Of a stretch of DNA of 64,000 nt, positions 1-13,899 are shown piece after piece. The position numbers and the translations under genes were made by a program. The notes beneath the pieces were generated by a model. The model did no database searches, was not told the DNA's origin, and was given only the letters and a program-made list of their open reading frames with translations. The DNA comes from the human T2T-CHM13v2.0 reference genome, Homo sapiens. How positions within the stretch are numbered: the first letter of the stretch is position 1; the number at the start of each line of letters is the position of its first letter. The stretch lies in assembly GCF_009914755.1 (NCBI RefSeq), contig NC_060930.1; one strand, 5' to 3'.

Positions 1-1054
1 TAGCATATAGCAGGTGATCCCTAACTACTAGTTGGTTGACTGACAGATTTCTACCAGATTAGCTGAATACTCACATCTCTAGCACAAAGGAGAAATCTCA
101 GAGCTTGCAGTATTGATTCAGAAGGCATTCACCTAGTGGTAATAGTTAAAGTTGTCTGTGGCAGAAGATAAGAGAAATCCCAGAAGGGGAAAGAAAGAGG
201 GAGGAAGACAGAACTGTAAGAAATGTCAATATATAAGTAAAGTACTTCCAGATATTGGGATGATAAAAAAGAGACCAATAAAGCCAAGAGGGGAAGAAGA
301 ATTTTAATAAAGTTATGGTGTAAAATGTTACTGAGTGTTAGAGTAAGGATAGAGATCAAGCATATGGTCAAGGATTTAAAAAGGTGTCATTAATGGTTTG
401 GAAGCAATGTTAGTGGAGTATTGTGGACCATAGAGAAGATATTGTATGTTAAGAAAATAAAGGTAGCCAGGGTAAATAAATTTTTTGAGACATATGACAA
501 TGAAAAGAAGGTGAGAAATGGAATAATATTTTGAAGGAATGGGAAGTACAGGGAAATGTAGAGCAAATACAAATTAAAAACAAGAGGTTTCATTTTCCCT
601 GTAGAATATAAGAAAAGAGATTTTCCCTGCTTTCCCTTTTTCAAAGAGTCTTTATATTAGAAAACTTGTGCTTTAAGGTCTTTCTCTGTCTCTTTAAAAT
701 GTAGGTAAATTTTTTAATGCTAACTCAGCCTCCGGTCAGCATTATGATCCAGGAATGTCTTTCTCAAGGACTGGGAACCATCTCTTAGAAATGTAAACAT
801 TAAGGAAGATAGCACCCTGTCTCCCAGATTCTGTGGGATGGCAGGAAACTAGCCTCAGCTTACTACTTGCTCCAAGTTGCAAAACTCCCTCTAGTCATAA
901 AGAGTAGTTGATTTTTACCTTGGTTAAAACCAATTAGCTAACACAGATGGTTACCCCAACTACCATGTGGGTTTAGGATGAATTATGTGTAACAAATGGT
1001 GCTGTCAAGTCCTCTTACATAAGCACTAGTTATAGTATATTTGAAGAAAATGTG

Positions 1055-1842
1055 TGTATTCATCAGGGTTCTCTGGAGAAATGGAACAAATAGGATGTTT
1101 CTATGGTCTAAATGTTTGTGCCCCTCAAAATTCATTTGTTCAAACCTAATTCCTAATGGGATGTATTAGGAGGTGGAACTAATTAAAACCTTTGGGAGTG
1201 ATTAAGTTATGAAGATGGAGCCCCTATGAATGGAATTAGTTCCCTTATAAAGAGCTAGAGAGAATAGAGTTCTCCCCTTCTACCATGTGAGGACACAGAG
1301 AGAAAGCACCACCTATGAACCAGAAAGCAGGCCCTTACCAGATACCAAATATACCAACACCTTGATCTTGGTTTTCCCACACTCCAGAACTGTGAGAAAT
1401 AAAAGAAAGAGTTCTATTAAAAGGAATTGGCTCATGCATTATGGAGGCTGGCAAGTTCCAGGATGTTCAGGGTGAGTCGGCAAGGTGGAAACCCATTAGA
1501 GTTGATGATGTAGTTCCAGTCCTAAGACTAGCAGGCCTGAGACCCATGAATAGCCAATGTCTCAGTTTGAGTCTGAAGGTAAGAAAAAGCCAATGTCCTA
1601 GTTCAAAGCCAGTCACTCAGGAGGAATTCTCTCTTACTTAGGGGAGGGTCAACCTTTTTGCTCTATTCAGACTTTCAGCTGAATGGATGAGGCCCACTCA
1701 TACTAGGAAGACAATCTGCATTACAATTTAAGTGCTAATCTTACCCCAAAACACCCTTACAGAAATACACAGAATAATGTTTAACCAAATATCTGGGCAC
1801 CCCATGGCCCAATCAAGTTGACACACAAAATTAATCATCACA
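1055..1842 (-). mobile_element. MLT2B-like ERVL LTR, itself interrupted by an MLT1A-like element
   Basis: tgtattcatcagggttctct...ggaattggctcatgcattatggaggctggcaag...gttgacacacaaaattaatcatcaca. Confidence 0.7.
1099..1403 (+). mobile_element. MLT1A-like MaLR LTR, 3'-truncated
   Basis: ctatggtctaaatgtttgtgcccctcaaaattc...ccatgtgaggacacag...ccagaactgtgagaaataaa. Confidence 0.7.
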
Positions 1843-2247
1843 ATATCTGGAATGGATTGCATCTGCTTGCCTATATAAAAGAATGAGGTGTCTTTTTGTC
1901 TTCACAATATCTTAGTGGATTGCCTATGATGTGCATCACATAATAAAAATGTTTTCTTTCTCTTCTACCTTTGTGGAATGGTTTTCTGGGTTGGAAGGAG
2001 ATTTTGTTTTAAATTATATTTTCCCAACAGAAGCATTTGTTAAGTTTGATTAGAATAAATGTGAAAGGGTTTGTCAGACAGCAGGATGAACCAGAAGGAA
2101 AGAAAGAGTGAAGATCAAATAAGATGTATTTGATGGAGCATGGGTTCAGGGTGATGGAAGAAGTGATTTTACAAGAAATACAGGAGGCTACAAGCCTTAA
2201 AAGGAAGAGAAACCCTTCCCTTTCTTGCTCTTCCTCCTCTTCCCAAC

Positions 2248-2635
2248 TGTATTAGTTTTCTGGGGCTGCCATAATAAAATAACACAGAATGGCTTAAATA
2301 ACAGAAATTTATTTTCTCATAGTTCTGGAGGCTGGAAGTCCAAGATCATGGTGTCACCAGGTTTGGTTTCTCCTGAGGCCTCTCTCCTTGGCTAACACAT
2401 GGCTGCATTCTCACTGTGATTTCACATGGTCTTACACATTTTTGGTGTTTTTTGTGTATCCAAATTTTCTCTTCTTCTGACTCCAGTGCGATTGCATTAA
2501 GACCCACCCTAGCAGTCTTATTTTAACTTAATCACCTCTTTAAAGGTCCCATCTTCCAATACAATCACATTTTGAGGTACTGGGGGTTAAAACTTCAATG
2601 TATGAAATTTGGGGGACACTATTCAACCCATAACA
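2248..2635 (-). mobile_element. MLT1B/C-like MaLR solo LTR
   Basis: tgtattagttttctggggctgcc...attcaacccataaca, with 5-bp TSD ccaac/ccaat. Confidence 0.8.
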
Positions 2636-4177
2636 CCAATGTATCCAACTCTACCCATCCTTCAAAACTCAATTCACTTGTTACTTTCACCTTACAATTA
2701 AAATCAGTTTCTCTCATGCTTTCACTTCCTTAGAACTTTATCTTTCTTTTTCATATGGCCTTGTAATACAGTTAATCATTTTTATTTCTTAGGAATGTAT
2801 TTTTATATACCTCATAATGATGTACTACAAACATTTTCTTGCATATACTTATGTGCAATATTAGCTGTATTAATGGTTTTGTGAATGGAACTGATATTTG
2901 ATGATGTTAACTTTACTTGGACCTTGGAATTTTTATTCGCTTCAATGCTCACTGTGTTTGCTCAAAATATTACCTCTCATTAGAAGATATATCTGGGCCT
3001 TAGAATCTTTACCTGTAAAGTTAGTAGATTCGCATAGATAATCTCCTCTGTTTCTTTTATCTCTTCTATTCCATCCATCTATTATTTCATTCATTCACTT
3101 ATTCATCCATTCAGGAATTATCAAAGAAGTATCTTCTATTCCTAGATGGCAGACGCAGTGCTCAGTGTTTTGAATACCATGAACAAGACCAAGTTTCTAC
3201 CTTCCAGGTCAAAGGGTTGACATTCTAATTTTGACCTGCAATCAAATTCAGATGACTTTGTCTTGCCCTTCTTGTTCCGCAGCATTCCACTTCGTAAGGC
3301 CCATTTTGCAAAGTCATGCTGCAGGGACTCTTTTTTAGATTACCTTCCTCCCAGCTTATTTGTGATCAATCTCTTCAGTTTTTCCCACAGACTAAATATA
3401 CTGCAGTCCTCACGCCTCTACATATCACTTCAATACAACTATACCACAATTAAACATTTAGAGAGATCATGTGATATAACTTGAATACCCCATGAACCTA
3501 AGTTATCTACCCTAACTCATCTTGCCCAATAATAGGCAAGTGTACCCAAAGTTACCTCTTTAGAACAGCTTCTTTGGATTAAGGTATTTTTTCTGGAAGT
3601 TTTCTTTTAAAATGCAGGTATCATATCCCCTGTTGTGCTTTATTATAATAATTGATTGCAGCTGTATCCTTTATTTCACACTTCCCACAGTGTCTTCAAT
3701 GTAAAGCAATAAATGAAGAAGAAATTCTCTGAGGACTACACCCACTAATATTAACAGATATTTTAGCTCAAGTTAGCTTATGACAACAGAGTTTATGGGT
3801 AACAAAGTATTAATATAAGAAGAAGAGTTTGGGAGCTTGGTGCACTTTTTATTTTTGAATCAGTCTCAGGAGATTAAGGAGTTTGGTGCCCTATAAGTGA
3901 AGAGGTTGGTTCCATTACGGGGACTGAATATCAACTAAGGTGTACTTAAAATGCTCTGACTGTTAAAGAGGTACTGAAAGCAGGTGCACAGGCCGGTGTG
4001 TAACTGGCACAAATATTGACTGTTTTCCATCATAATAGAAGAAAAGTAGCAAAATCAGCCAGCACTATTAAAAAATCAAATCCTTTCAGGTGATGATAAA
4101 TTGTGAAATGCATAACCAAGGAGTAAAATGTTTACTTTTATATTTATAGGGGTTTTGTTTATTACACAAACTAAGAA

Positions 4178-4346
4178 TCAGCAATTTCTAGAAAATAAAT
4201 ATCTTAAGCTTTGTAGGCCACAGATCTGTGGCAGCTACTCAACTTTGCCATTGTAATATGAACGAAGTCATAGTCAATAGTAAATGAGTGAGTGCAGTTG
4301 TGTTCCAAAAAAACATTATGTACAACAAATAGTTTACTGACCCCTG
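4178..4346. mobile_element. MER58-like hAT MITE
   Basis: ctttgtaggccacag...ctactcaactttgccattgta...gtgttccaa...tgacccctg. Confidence 0.6.
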
Positions 4347-5613
4347 ATATAGACTATAGAAGAGATACTATGAGAACTTCCTACCATTAATCAAAGCAAG
4401 AAGATGGGAATTCAAAGCCATTTTCCTGGTAAGATTCTTCTGTCCATTCCACTAAAAATACAAAAGATAACTAAAGTAAAAATATAATTTGCAATATTAA
4501 AAAAATCAGTTGACTGAGGCAAAAATAAGGAAAAGGATATCAGTCTTTACAATTGCATTAGATGCTTACATTTAAGCTTAGCTATTTTCTGCTGGCATAA
4601 AAAGAAAACAGTCTTATCTCCACAAAACACTGTATATAAACTTCTTTATAAGCTTACCCGGGATGTAATTGGTTATTTCTTGGAAACTGTTCCAGAAGTG
4701 TTTCAGGCTTCAGAATTCTGTTATGAGGGTCCTTCCTCTTTCCTGTTCATCCCTCAATTTTTTACAGTAAAGTTAGTGAAGATTTTGTCTGACCTCCTTC
4801 CACCTCCCCTTTCTTCAGATGCTCTCTTCTTTTCATTTGAGAGTCCATCTTTTCAGGAATACAGTTGTCAGGGGCCCCAACTTTTCAGCAGCAAAATGAA
4901 TATGACCATGGCTAGAGATGTTCACCATTAAAAGTACACAGGCAAATCATAAGGTCTTCCATACATAAAGAAATGTCTCCACATGTGGAATTTGGGGCTG
5001 GCAGGAGAAAGGTCTTGATACAAACAATGTGGCTTAAATCCCCTGAAATCACATTGGCATAGACCTGGCTTTGTCCAGAACTGAGTGCTTCCTGGCATGG
5101 GACGTGGGATATGGTCAGTTGTGCAGTTCTATTCCTATTGTGTATAAAGATGATCCAACAGAACTATCATGGCTTTCTAAAAAGTATTCTGTAAGCAGAT
5201 AAATTCCCTTTACTCTGATTTTAAAATAATTTTTAGCAAGTAATTTATAAGTAATATTAGGTTTCCCAAGCAGTTTTATATCATGAAGGTACTGCTGTTC
5301 TGAAATAAGTATATCCGACTGGCTTAGTAGTAAGCAATCAATCACTTACGGAGTGCTTACTGGATATCTGGTCCTGTATTGCATTTTCAAATTTAATCCT
5401 CTTGCCAATACCAAGAGTCTGGAAACATTAATCCCATTTTTGTTAAAGAGACTGATGCTCAAGGAAGCTAAGGAATTTGGTGATTATACACAGGCCTATC
5501 TCCAAAGTTCTATCTCCTTGTGCTGCTATTTTATTTCTCCCATGTGTGTAAATGACTAGACTCATTCTGGTTTAGAAATCATCTTTGGTGAGTTCTGTTA
5601 AAAGTGGCTCAGT

Positions 5614-5890
5614 CTCACTCCTGTAATCCCAGCACTTTGGGAGGCCGAGGCGGGCAGATCACGGGGTCAAGAGATCAAGACCATCCTGGCCAACATGGTG
5701 AAACCCGGTCTCTACTGAAAATACAAAAATTAGCTGGGTGTGGTGGTGCATGCCTGTAGTCCCAGCTACTCAGGAGGCTGAGGCAGGGAGAGTCGTTTGA
5801 ACATGGGAGGCGGAGGTTGCAGTGAGCCGAGATCTCACCACTACATTCCAGTCTGGGTGACAGAGCAAGACTCTGCCTGAAAAAAAAAAA
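5614..5890 (+). mobile_element. AluS, slightly 5'-truncated
   Basis: Alu body with polyA tail; TSD-like aaa(g)tggctcagt on both sides. Confidence 0.92.
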
Positions 5891-7039
5891 TGGCTCAGTT
5901 TCCAATAGTCTGATCATATCTGATGGAATTTAGAGAAATGATTTTCTGAACTTAAAGTATTGAGAACCAGAACTGAAATAGATTCCCTATGTAAGACAAC
6001 TTTATATCACTCTATTCCTGACTACAAAGGGTAGTAAATAATATATTTCCTTAAAGATTAAGCTACAATGCAGTTCAGCATTAATAATTATTATGATAAC
6101 TAGAGAGTGTATAAATACAGAACATGACAATAATGTCTTCTACTAACATTGCAAAAGATATGAAGCCATTTCTGGGTTAGGAATCAAACAGCAACTGAAT
6201 TGGTTCACTGTGTAGAGAACTTCATGTAGATCCCTACATTTTAGATAAAATATTATAACGGGGCACGTCTATCTAAATATCTTAGCACATCAAGAGCATT
6301 TACATAAAAATATCTTAGTATATTTGGAATATTTCTGTATAAAAGGTTTATCACAGCCCCTGGAACTCAGTAGAAGCTCAGTAAATAATAGTTAAGGAAG
6401 CTAATAATAATATGGAGGTTAAAAAGCAAAGTGGTCCTCCAAAAATTGTGTTCAGTTCAGAGCCCTGAGGACAGACCAATTGTTAGCAGGTCTCATTCAT
6501 CTCCCAAAACTCCTTTCAGAAAACAAGATGACTGATAAATAAACTCATCGTGATACCACCTACTCTGAATTATTGCAGAGTGGAGCGTTAGAGGATTGTC
6601 TATATATCCATTCGTTGGCCACCAGAAATGGAGGAGCATGTCAACAAGCCACTCAACTTATACATTTCAGGAAGAGTATTTTCTCATTCTGAACCATCCC
6701 TAAGAAACTACACCTTGAATGCTAATTTCTAATTGAACTTTGAATCTCTTACCCAGATATTATATTTACATGTACCTATAGAGGGCAGCCTTCTACAAAT
6801 TTTTGTAAGACGTGGATTTTTATCCTTCCTCCTCTAGAAAGGAGTGACCCAGCATGAAACAACCTTTACCATTGCTTGGGAGAAACTAGAACAATTTACA
6901 ATAGCGGATTTCCCACCATGTGTTATTCAGACCCTTGTTGTGCATCTTGGGAACTCTTGACGGCAGAGCCTGAACATACTGGGTGTGCAGGTGCAGCCTA
7001 AGCTTGGCAATTGTCAGTAATAAGAAAGTAACAAGTAAC

Positions 7040-7192
7040 AAAGAAGAAGAATAAGCAAAAGGAAGAGAAGGAAGAGGGGAGGAAGGAAGAGGAGGGGAAA
7101 AGGAGAGGAGGAGGAGGGAGAGGAAACATGGAAAGAGAATGAGGAAGAGGAAGAGAAGGAGAAAAAGAAGGAAGGAAGGGGAGGAGGAAGAG
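7040..7192. repeat. Purine-rich (GA) low-complexity tract
   Basis: Nearly pure G/A on the + strand. Confidence 0.85.
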
Positions 7193-7444
7193 CTTTGACT
7201 AACCCTGTACTAGTCTCTAGGCTGAGGGAATTACATGAAATCCCACGTTTATTCTCATAGCACCTCTAAATAATAGACGTTGTTTTTAACCATTACTTTA
7301 CCAAAAAAAAAAAAAAAAAAAAGAGGAACTGAAAATTAAATCAGTTGCTACTAAGAAGCAGCTGTGGAATTTGATCCCAGATTTGTCTGAATCGGGTTCT
7401 AGCTCCTAACCACTACCAAGAATTTGCAAATAAAAATTAAATTA

Positions 7445-7754
<310 letters not shown>

Positions 7755-9469
7755 TTAAAGAGTTTCCCATCTCTTTAGCTGATTTCTCCCACAGATCCTT
7801 AAAATACCTGGAGAGGGAAACTACATGAGGCTACTACATGAATGAGAACTTTACTTAACACCTGTCTATGAATGAATGGGTAGACTATTATTAATTAAAT
7901 GCTAGGCAGATGAAACAACACAGTAACATTAATTTCAAATCATTTTCAAAATGGTGTTTGTAATTGTCTTAATCTATAAAAATAGTATAACATTTTATCA
8001 GCAGTTTCTGAAGATAACTTTCACATATTTATTTCCAGTAAAATTAAATTACAGGTGTGTATTTTAGGAAGTTATTGTCAGGCTATCAGATTTTATTTTC
8101 TTACCACAGTGCTTTTGTAATTGATCTCCACAACAACTAGTTTTCCAGTACTAGCTAGGTACACATGACAGCAGGCTTTTCAATTAATTTTTACTCATAT
8201 TGAGATAACAAACCCTCTGTTAGTTCTATTTAATGGAGCAAAACAAAATTTTACCAAAAACAGGAAGAAAAAAAGTCAACTGGTTCAAAACCAGTTTCAT
8301 TTAATCAACATCATAATCTAATAAAACAGAATTTCTAATTCTAATATTTTTAATATCTCCAAAGTTTATCCAGTCAACATGTCTAGAATGCATCTTGTCC
8401 AAATATTAACTATTTATCAGATAATCTACTACCATAGTGACACCTGGGCCCTATTTGCTTTGCCAGGAGTCCAAAGTTTCCAGAAAGTGTGGATGATTAA
8501 ATAGCTTTTCATGCTGATAAGCACCTTTGCTGTATTTCTATAGCTGGACCACCAAACAGAACTAATTTCAAAATAGCAAGATTAAAAGAGCTCACTCTTC
8601 TGTTAACGTATTTTCATTGATCCCTTTAAATTTATTTTCCAAGCCAGAAAAATTCTCTTTCTTTATGTTGCCAGTCTTCTCCTAATGTCCCAAGAAAAAT
8701 TCTTATTCTCCACACCACATCAACAGATATGATTAATTATGATCATTGTTCCACATATATAAGTTTAAATATTAATTGTGTACTTTCACCTTAACCCTCA
8801 CACTGCATTGTATCAAGGTCTGTGCTATTAAAGCTACAAGATTGACTTTGAGGAATGTGGCATATCTCTCTTAGAAAGGTAAGGATGCAATATAAATTTG
8901 GCTTTAATAATTGTTAAGCAACAAATCAATATCCAAAACTTAAACGGGCTTGACATTTAAGTCAAGCACATAAGAACATTGAGTTCTTAAAGAAGCACAG
9001 GGTAGCATTCAGGTAGTTGCTAGTAAGAAAATACTAGCAACATAAAGTGGTAGAGAAAGCAGTAAGCATGAAGTTGAATGATTCTGGTTTAAGGATTTGA
9101 TACACATAAGTTAGGAACTTTGAACGTGACACTCTGCTCTCTAATGTAGAATGGAGAAAAATGTGCCTACCTTGTGAAATATGTAAAACTCATGTTTAAA
9201 ATATCTTGTAAACTATAAAGCATTACATACAAAATGTTAATAATGCCTTTCCATTCTCTGGACAAGAGGATAAAGGTAAAATTGCCTTCAGATCCATGGA
9301 AAGGATAGGGAATGTATAGACCTTATGTCAGCCTTACCCTTGAAGGAACAGGTGGTATTGGCTTGCAATTAACAGGTAATAGGGCTGACAACAAAGTAAT
9401 AGACCAGAAGACAAGTAGTGTAATGATATTATATGTTGGAGAATAAAAGAATGATAACATCAGCCCTGA

Positions 9470-9830
9470 TGTGTCATGGCGGACATGCAGGGGATTACAC
9501 TTCCTACTTCATTTAAATTTGGCATGGCCATATGACCTGCTTTAGCCGATAAAATATGACTGAAAATGACATGCATCACTCTGGATGAAAGCATTTAAGA
9601 GGCATGTGCAATTCCCCCATATTCTTTTCTCATGCTCCAGAAATTACGGAAGCACAGGTTGACAAGGAGGTGACACAAAATGAAAAAAGCCTGTGGTCCT
9701 GTGGGCATAGAGGCTAGCTGCCCTGGAGAGGACTCTGCGTAAGCAGGAAATAAGCTTTTGTTGTATTAAGCCATAAAATTTTTGGCGTTATTTTTTACTA
9801 CATCACAACCTAGCCTATGCTGATTAATAC
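9470..9830 (+). mobile_element. Old MLT1 (H/J-like) MaLR LTR
   Basis: ggccatatgacctgctttagcc...aaataagcttttgttgtattaagcc...gctgattaataca. Confidence 0.55.
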
Positions 9831-9877
9831 AATTTTAAAGAGAAAGTATGGCATGGTCAAAAGGGATATACATTCTT

Positions 9878-10181
9878 GTTTGTTTTGAGATGGGATCTCA
9901 CTCTGCATCCAGGCTTAAGTGCAGTGGTGCAAACTTGGCTCAGTGCAACCTCGGTCTCCCAGGCTCAAGTGATCTGCTCACCTCAGCCTCCTGAGTAGCT
10001 GGGACTAGGACTACAGAGCCATGTCCATGCCACCATGTCAAGCTAATCTTTTGTTTTTGTTTTTTTGTAGAGAGGGGGTCACGCCATGTTGCCCAGGCTG
10101 GTCTCCAACTCCTCGGCTCAAGCGATCCCGCCTGGGCCTCCCAAAGTGCTGGGATTGCAGATGTGAGCCACTGTGCCCGGT
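9878..10181 (-). mobile_element. AluJ
   Basis: Reverse-complement Alu dimer. Confidence 0.9.
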
Positions 10182-10265
10182 CTAAAGGGGATGTATATTT
10201 GAGGTAGAAGGAACTAGGCCTTTTATTCCAGCTCAACAACTTATTGGCTAACCTTGAATATATTA

Positions 10266-10730
10266 CAGATGCCTATATAACAGTTTATTGGACTATGTTC
10301 CAATAAACCCATAATAAATTGAAGATATTATTAAGTCAAAAAAGTATTTAATACACATAACCTACCAAACATGAGAGCTTAGCCTAGCCTACCATAAATA
10401 TGCTCAGAACACTTAACACTACCCTACAGTTGGGAAAGATAAACTAACACAAAGCCTATAATAAAGTGTTGAATTTCTCATGTAGTGTACTGAATACACT
10501 GTGGAGTATGGTATCAGTGGTTTACTGTTGTGATCACGTGGCTGACTGAGAGCTGCGGCTTGGCTCGCTGCCACTGTCCGGCATCATGAGAGAATATCAT
10601 ACCACATATCGCTAGCCCAAGAAAATATCAAAGTTCAAAATTCGAAGTACACTTTCTACTAAATGTGTATGGCTTTTGCATCATCGTAAGTTGAAAATTT
10701 GTAAGTCAAAATGTTATAAGTAGGGGACCA
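10266..10730 (+). mobile_element. Tigger5/MER47-type TcMar non-autonomous DNA transposon
   Basis: cagatgc...ataaaccc...agcttagcctagcctacc...cgaagtac...taagtaggggacc, matching the recalled MER47/Tigger5 termini. Confidence 0.75.
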
Positions 10731-10789
10731 TAATCCCTTACCTCTCTAAGTCTGAATGTCATCCTTTAGTTTTTATTATTTTGTAAACA

Positions 10790-11165
10790 GTTGCAACATT
10801 TTTTTTTTAGATTCAGAGGGTACATGTGGAGGGTTGTGACACAGGGTATATTGTGTGATGCTGAGGTTTCCGGTACAAACAATCCCATCACCCCAGTGGT
10901 GAGCGTAGTACCCAATAGTTAGTTCTTCAACCCTTGCCCCCTCCCTTCTCTTCCCTCCAGTAATCCCTAGTGTCTATGGTTCTCATCTTTATGTCCATGA
11001 GTAACCGATGTTTAGATCCTACTTATAAGTGAGAACATGTGGTGTTTGGTTTTCTGTTCCTATTCGCTTAGGATAATGGCCTCCAGCTCCTTCCATGCTA
11101 CTGCATAGGACATGATTTTGTTCTTTTTTATGGGTGCATAGTATTATATTGTGTATATGTATCAA
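10790..11165 (-). mobile_element. L1 3' end fragment (L1PA/PB)
   Basis: Reverse L1 3' UTR (cttataagtgagaacatgtggtgtttggttttctgttcc). Confidence 0.8.
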
Positions 11166-12453
11166 TCATTATCCTTTTAAAATGAAATAAATAATGCTTG
11201 CTTAACAGGATTGTTCTGTGTGAGAAAGTTCCTAGTTTTCGTAGGTACTTGAAAAGTGCGTATTATTATTATACCTCAGCGACACTAAAACACACTTCAA
11301 ATATATTTGAAACAAACACAATAACTCCTGTTAGGGCCACTACACATGTGTGGTAGAATGCACTGAGCAAGGTGCTGAGGGGCTGGTCCAGCGTGGGAAA
11401 AGAGCAGCCATCCTTTGGAAGGTGTGAAAGGTGGAGCATGCTTTGCCTCCAGAATGTTAGGGTGAAGGGGTCATGGAATACTGTGGGGGCATTTTTGTAC
11501 TTCACAATTGTTTGGTCTTTTTCTTTCCTTTTTGCAATGTTGAATATTTTGCAGGACCGGGGGTTTAGGGCCAGTGAGAGCATCCTTCACTACACCAGCA
11601 GACTCCGGCAACTGGAACCCTCTCCAAGGACTGAGTGCTCTAGGAACCTCAAAGTTCTGTGTTGTTTTTATTTTTTTAAATTTTTATACAGATGTATTTG
11701 TAGAGATATAAGAGACTTTTCCTCTCCCTTGTTTTCTCCATTAACTTGAAAGTGAAAACTTTCAGCAAAAGAAGGATGAAAACACCACAGCAATTTTTGG
11801 GGAGGTTTGGCATTTTTTAAGAGAAATAAACAAAAAAGAGTGAATTGAGATGGAGAAAATGTCCTGAGCTGATGCCCACATTATCTTCTTTCCCTCGCCT
11901 CTGCTGGCTCCCTAAGTCTCTGTTGGATAATGCTTTGAAGCTCTCCTGTCATCACAAAGATGAATTTAGTAAAGAAAAAAGAAAAGGACCAAAAGCTGGA
12001 TGAAGACAGTCAGTCTAACAGTACCCCACTGAGCATTCTCTGGTCCCACCTTCTGGGACAAAACCATTCCCCATGACAGTTAGCATTGTGTTATCATGAT
12101 CATAGACCACATTCCTGAGCTCCCATCAGCTGCTCGGCTGGCCCTTCTATCCTGATCCTAGCACCTGGGCTCCACTCATCCCAGTGTCCTGTCTCAGAAC
12201 TGCAAGAGAGCGTCATCAGTCCAGTGTACTCTTGTCTGCAAACCACCAAACACAGTGTCCTGTTGATCCTGCAATTATTGAAGTTTTAGTGGGGTACGAG
12301 CCAGAGCAGAGAAATCTTCCTCTCTCTAGCATCTGTGCCCCCAAAATGAATGACTCTAGTAAGCCCAAATTCTCTAAGTTTAAATTGAAACCACAGTCCA
12401 GGATTAGGAAAGCTCTAAAATCTTCATGCCTGGCTATGGATATTTGACAAATA

Positions 12454-13427
12454 CAGTTGACTCTTGAATAATGTGGGTGTTAGGGGTGCCCATCTGCCAT
12501 ACGGTGAAAAATCCAAATGTAATTTTTGACTCCTCCCAGATTTAACTACGAATAGCCTACTGTTGACCAGAAGCCTTACCAATAACATAAGTGATTAACA
12601 CATATTGTATATGTATTATGTATTATTTGCTGTATTCTTACAATAAAGTTTTAAAAATGGTATTAAGAAACCCATAGAAAATAGAAAATACAATTATCTG
12701 TCTGAAATAGGGGCACCTGCAGCTGTAGACCACAATCTATGGTCCATATCAGGCAATTCAACTTTTTCTTGTAATGTGACTTTTCTCTGCTTCTTGGAAG
12801 CATTTCCACCATCACTAGTGGCACTTCCTGTGGGTCCCATGGTGTTATTCAAGGTTTGTGGTATTGCACTAAACACAATGAAAAATACACAAGAACCCCA
12901 AAATCACTTTTTGCTGCAATCCCCAATTTGCTGAAGAGGAACTGCTCATGCAAAGATGATTAGTGCCACAGGGCATGAAGCAGAGTCTTGCAACACTTGA
13001 GTTCACCACAGTAGCAACAGGAAGGGGCAATAAAGTTATTACAGTAGTACAATATGTAATACTACAATAAATTTTATGTGGTAATGATTTAATACTGCAT
13101 CTTTACATATGTTTACATTTGTCTTCATTGCAAATGGGATTATGTGTGGTCTGTAAGTGCATGTGTATTATGATAAATTTTGACTTTATATAATAGAGTT
13201 GCATATGTTTTATGGCAATCAATGATAAATTAGTTTCTACATATATTGTATGCATTCATTACTTATCTTTTTCTTAATTTTTTCAATATTTCTAAGCTAT
13301 GTGGTTTGTCCGCAGGATTTTTCAAATTGTCACAAATCTCCAAAATATTTTTCAATATATTTATTGAAAAAATCTACATATAAGTGGATGTGTGCAGTTC
13401 CAACCTGCATTGCTCAAGTGTCAACTG
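12454..13427. mobile_element. Tigger2-family (Tigger2b-like) DNA transposon
   Basis: Terminal inverted repeats CAGTTGAC...GTCAACTG flanked by TA. ORF 12694..12876 (-) contains a remnant transposase N-terminus (KKQRKVTLQEKVEL). Confidence 0.85.
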
Positions 13428-13651
13428 TACTGAGCTATGAATAGAAAAAAACAGTGTAACAGACAGATACTCCTGAGACGCCTGGAGGCTGGAGGAGAAT
13501 GAGATTATCACCTGGACATCACTGTTAAGCGGAAGTCAGCCCTCTACCACAAGCCAGTTGCTTTTCCCTGTAAGAGGGCATTTTTGAAGGCTGGCTTTTG
13601 AAGGAATATATGGTCTGTTTCCTGTGTCAATAGCACCACACCCAAACAAAC

Positions 13652-13899
13652 TTTTTTTTTTTTTTTTTAGACGGAGGCTCCCTCCGCCTCCCGGGTTCAC
13701 GCCATTCTCCTGCCTCAGCCTCTCGAGTAGATGGGACTACAGGCGCCCGCCACCACGCCCGGCTAATTTTTTTATATTTTTAGTAGAGACGGGGTTTCAC
13801 CGTGTTAGCCAGGATGGTCTCGATTTCCTGACCTCGTGATCCGCCCGCCTCAGCCTCCCAAAGTGTTGGGATTACAGGCTTGAGCCACTGCGCCCGGCC
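13652..13899 (-). mobile_element. AluY with an internal deletion in the right arm
   Basis: CpG-rich Y-type sequence (gggttcacgccattctcc, cgtgttagccaggatggtctcgat); about 55-60 nt are missing after agacggag. Confidence 0.88.

Larger units (their letters stand above)
600..2028 (+). mobile_element. MER34-like ERV1 LTR, split (600-1052 and about 1843-2028) by nested MLT2/MLT1A insertions
   Basis: Starts TG, ends ...tatattttcccaaca. Internal motifs ctcaaggactgggaaccatctc and aaatggtgctgtcaagtcctcttac match the recalled MER34 consensus. Confidence 0.65.

Noticed and set aside
11269-12447. Cluster of 87-125 aa ORFs in apparently unique sequence
   Set aside because: I found no recognisable homology or consistent splice structure, so I cannot support them as exons.
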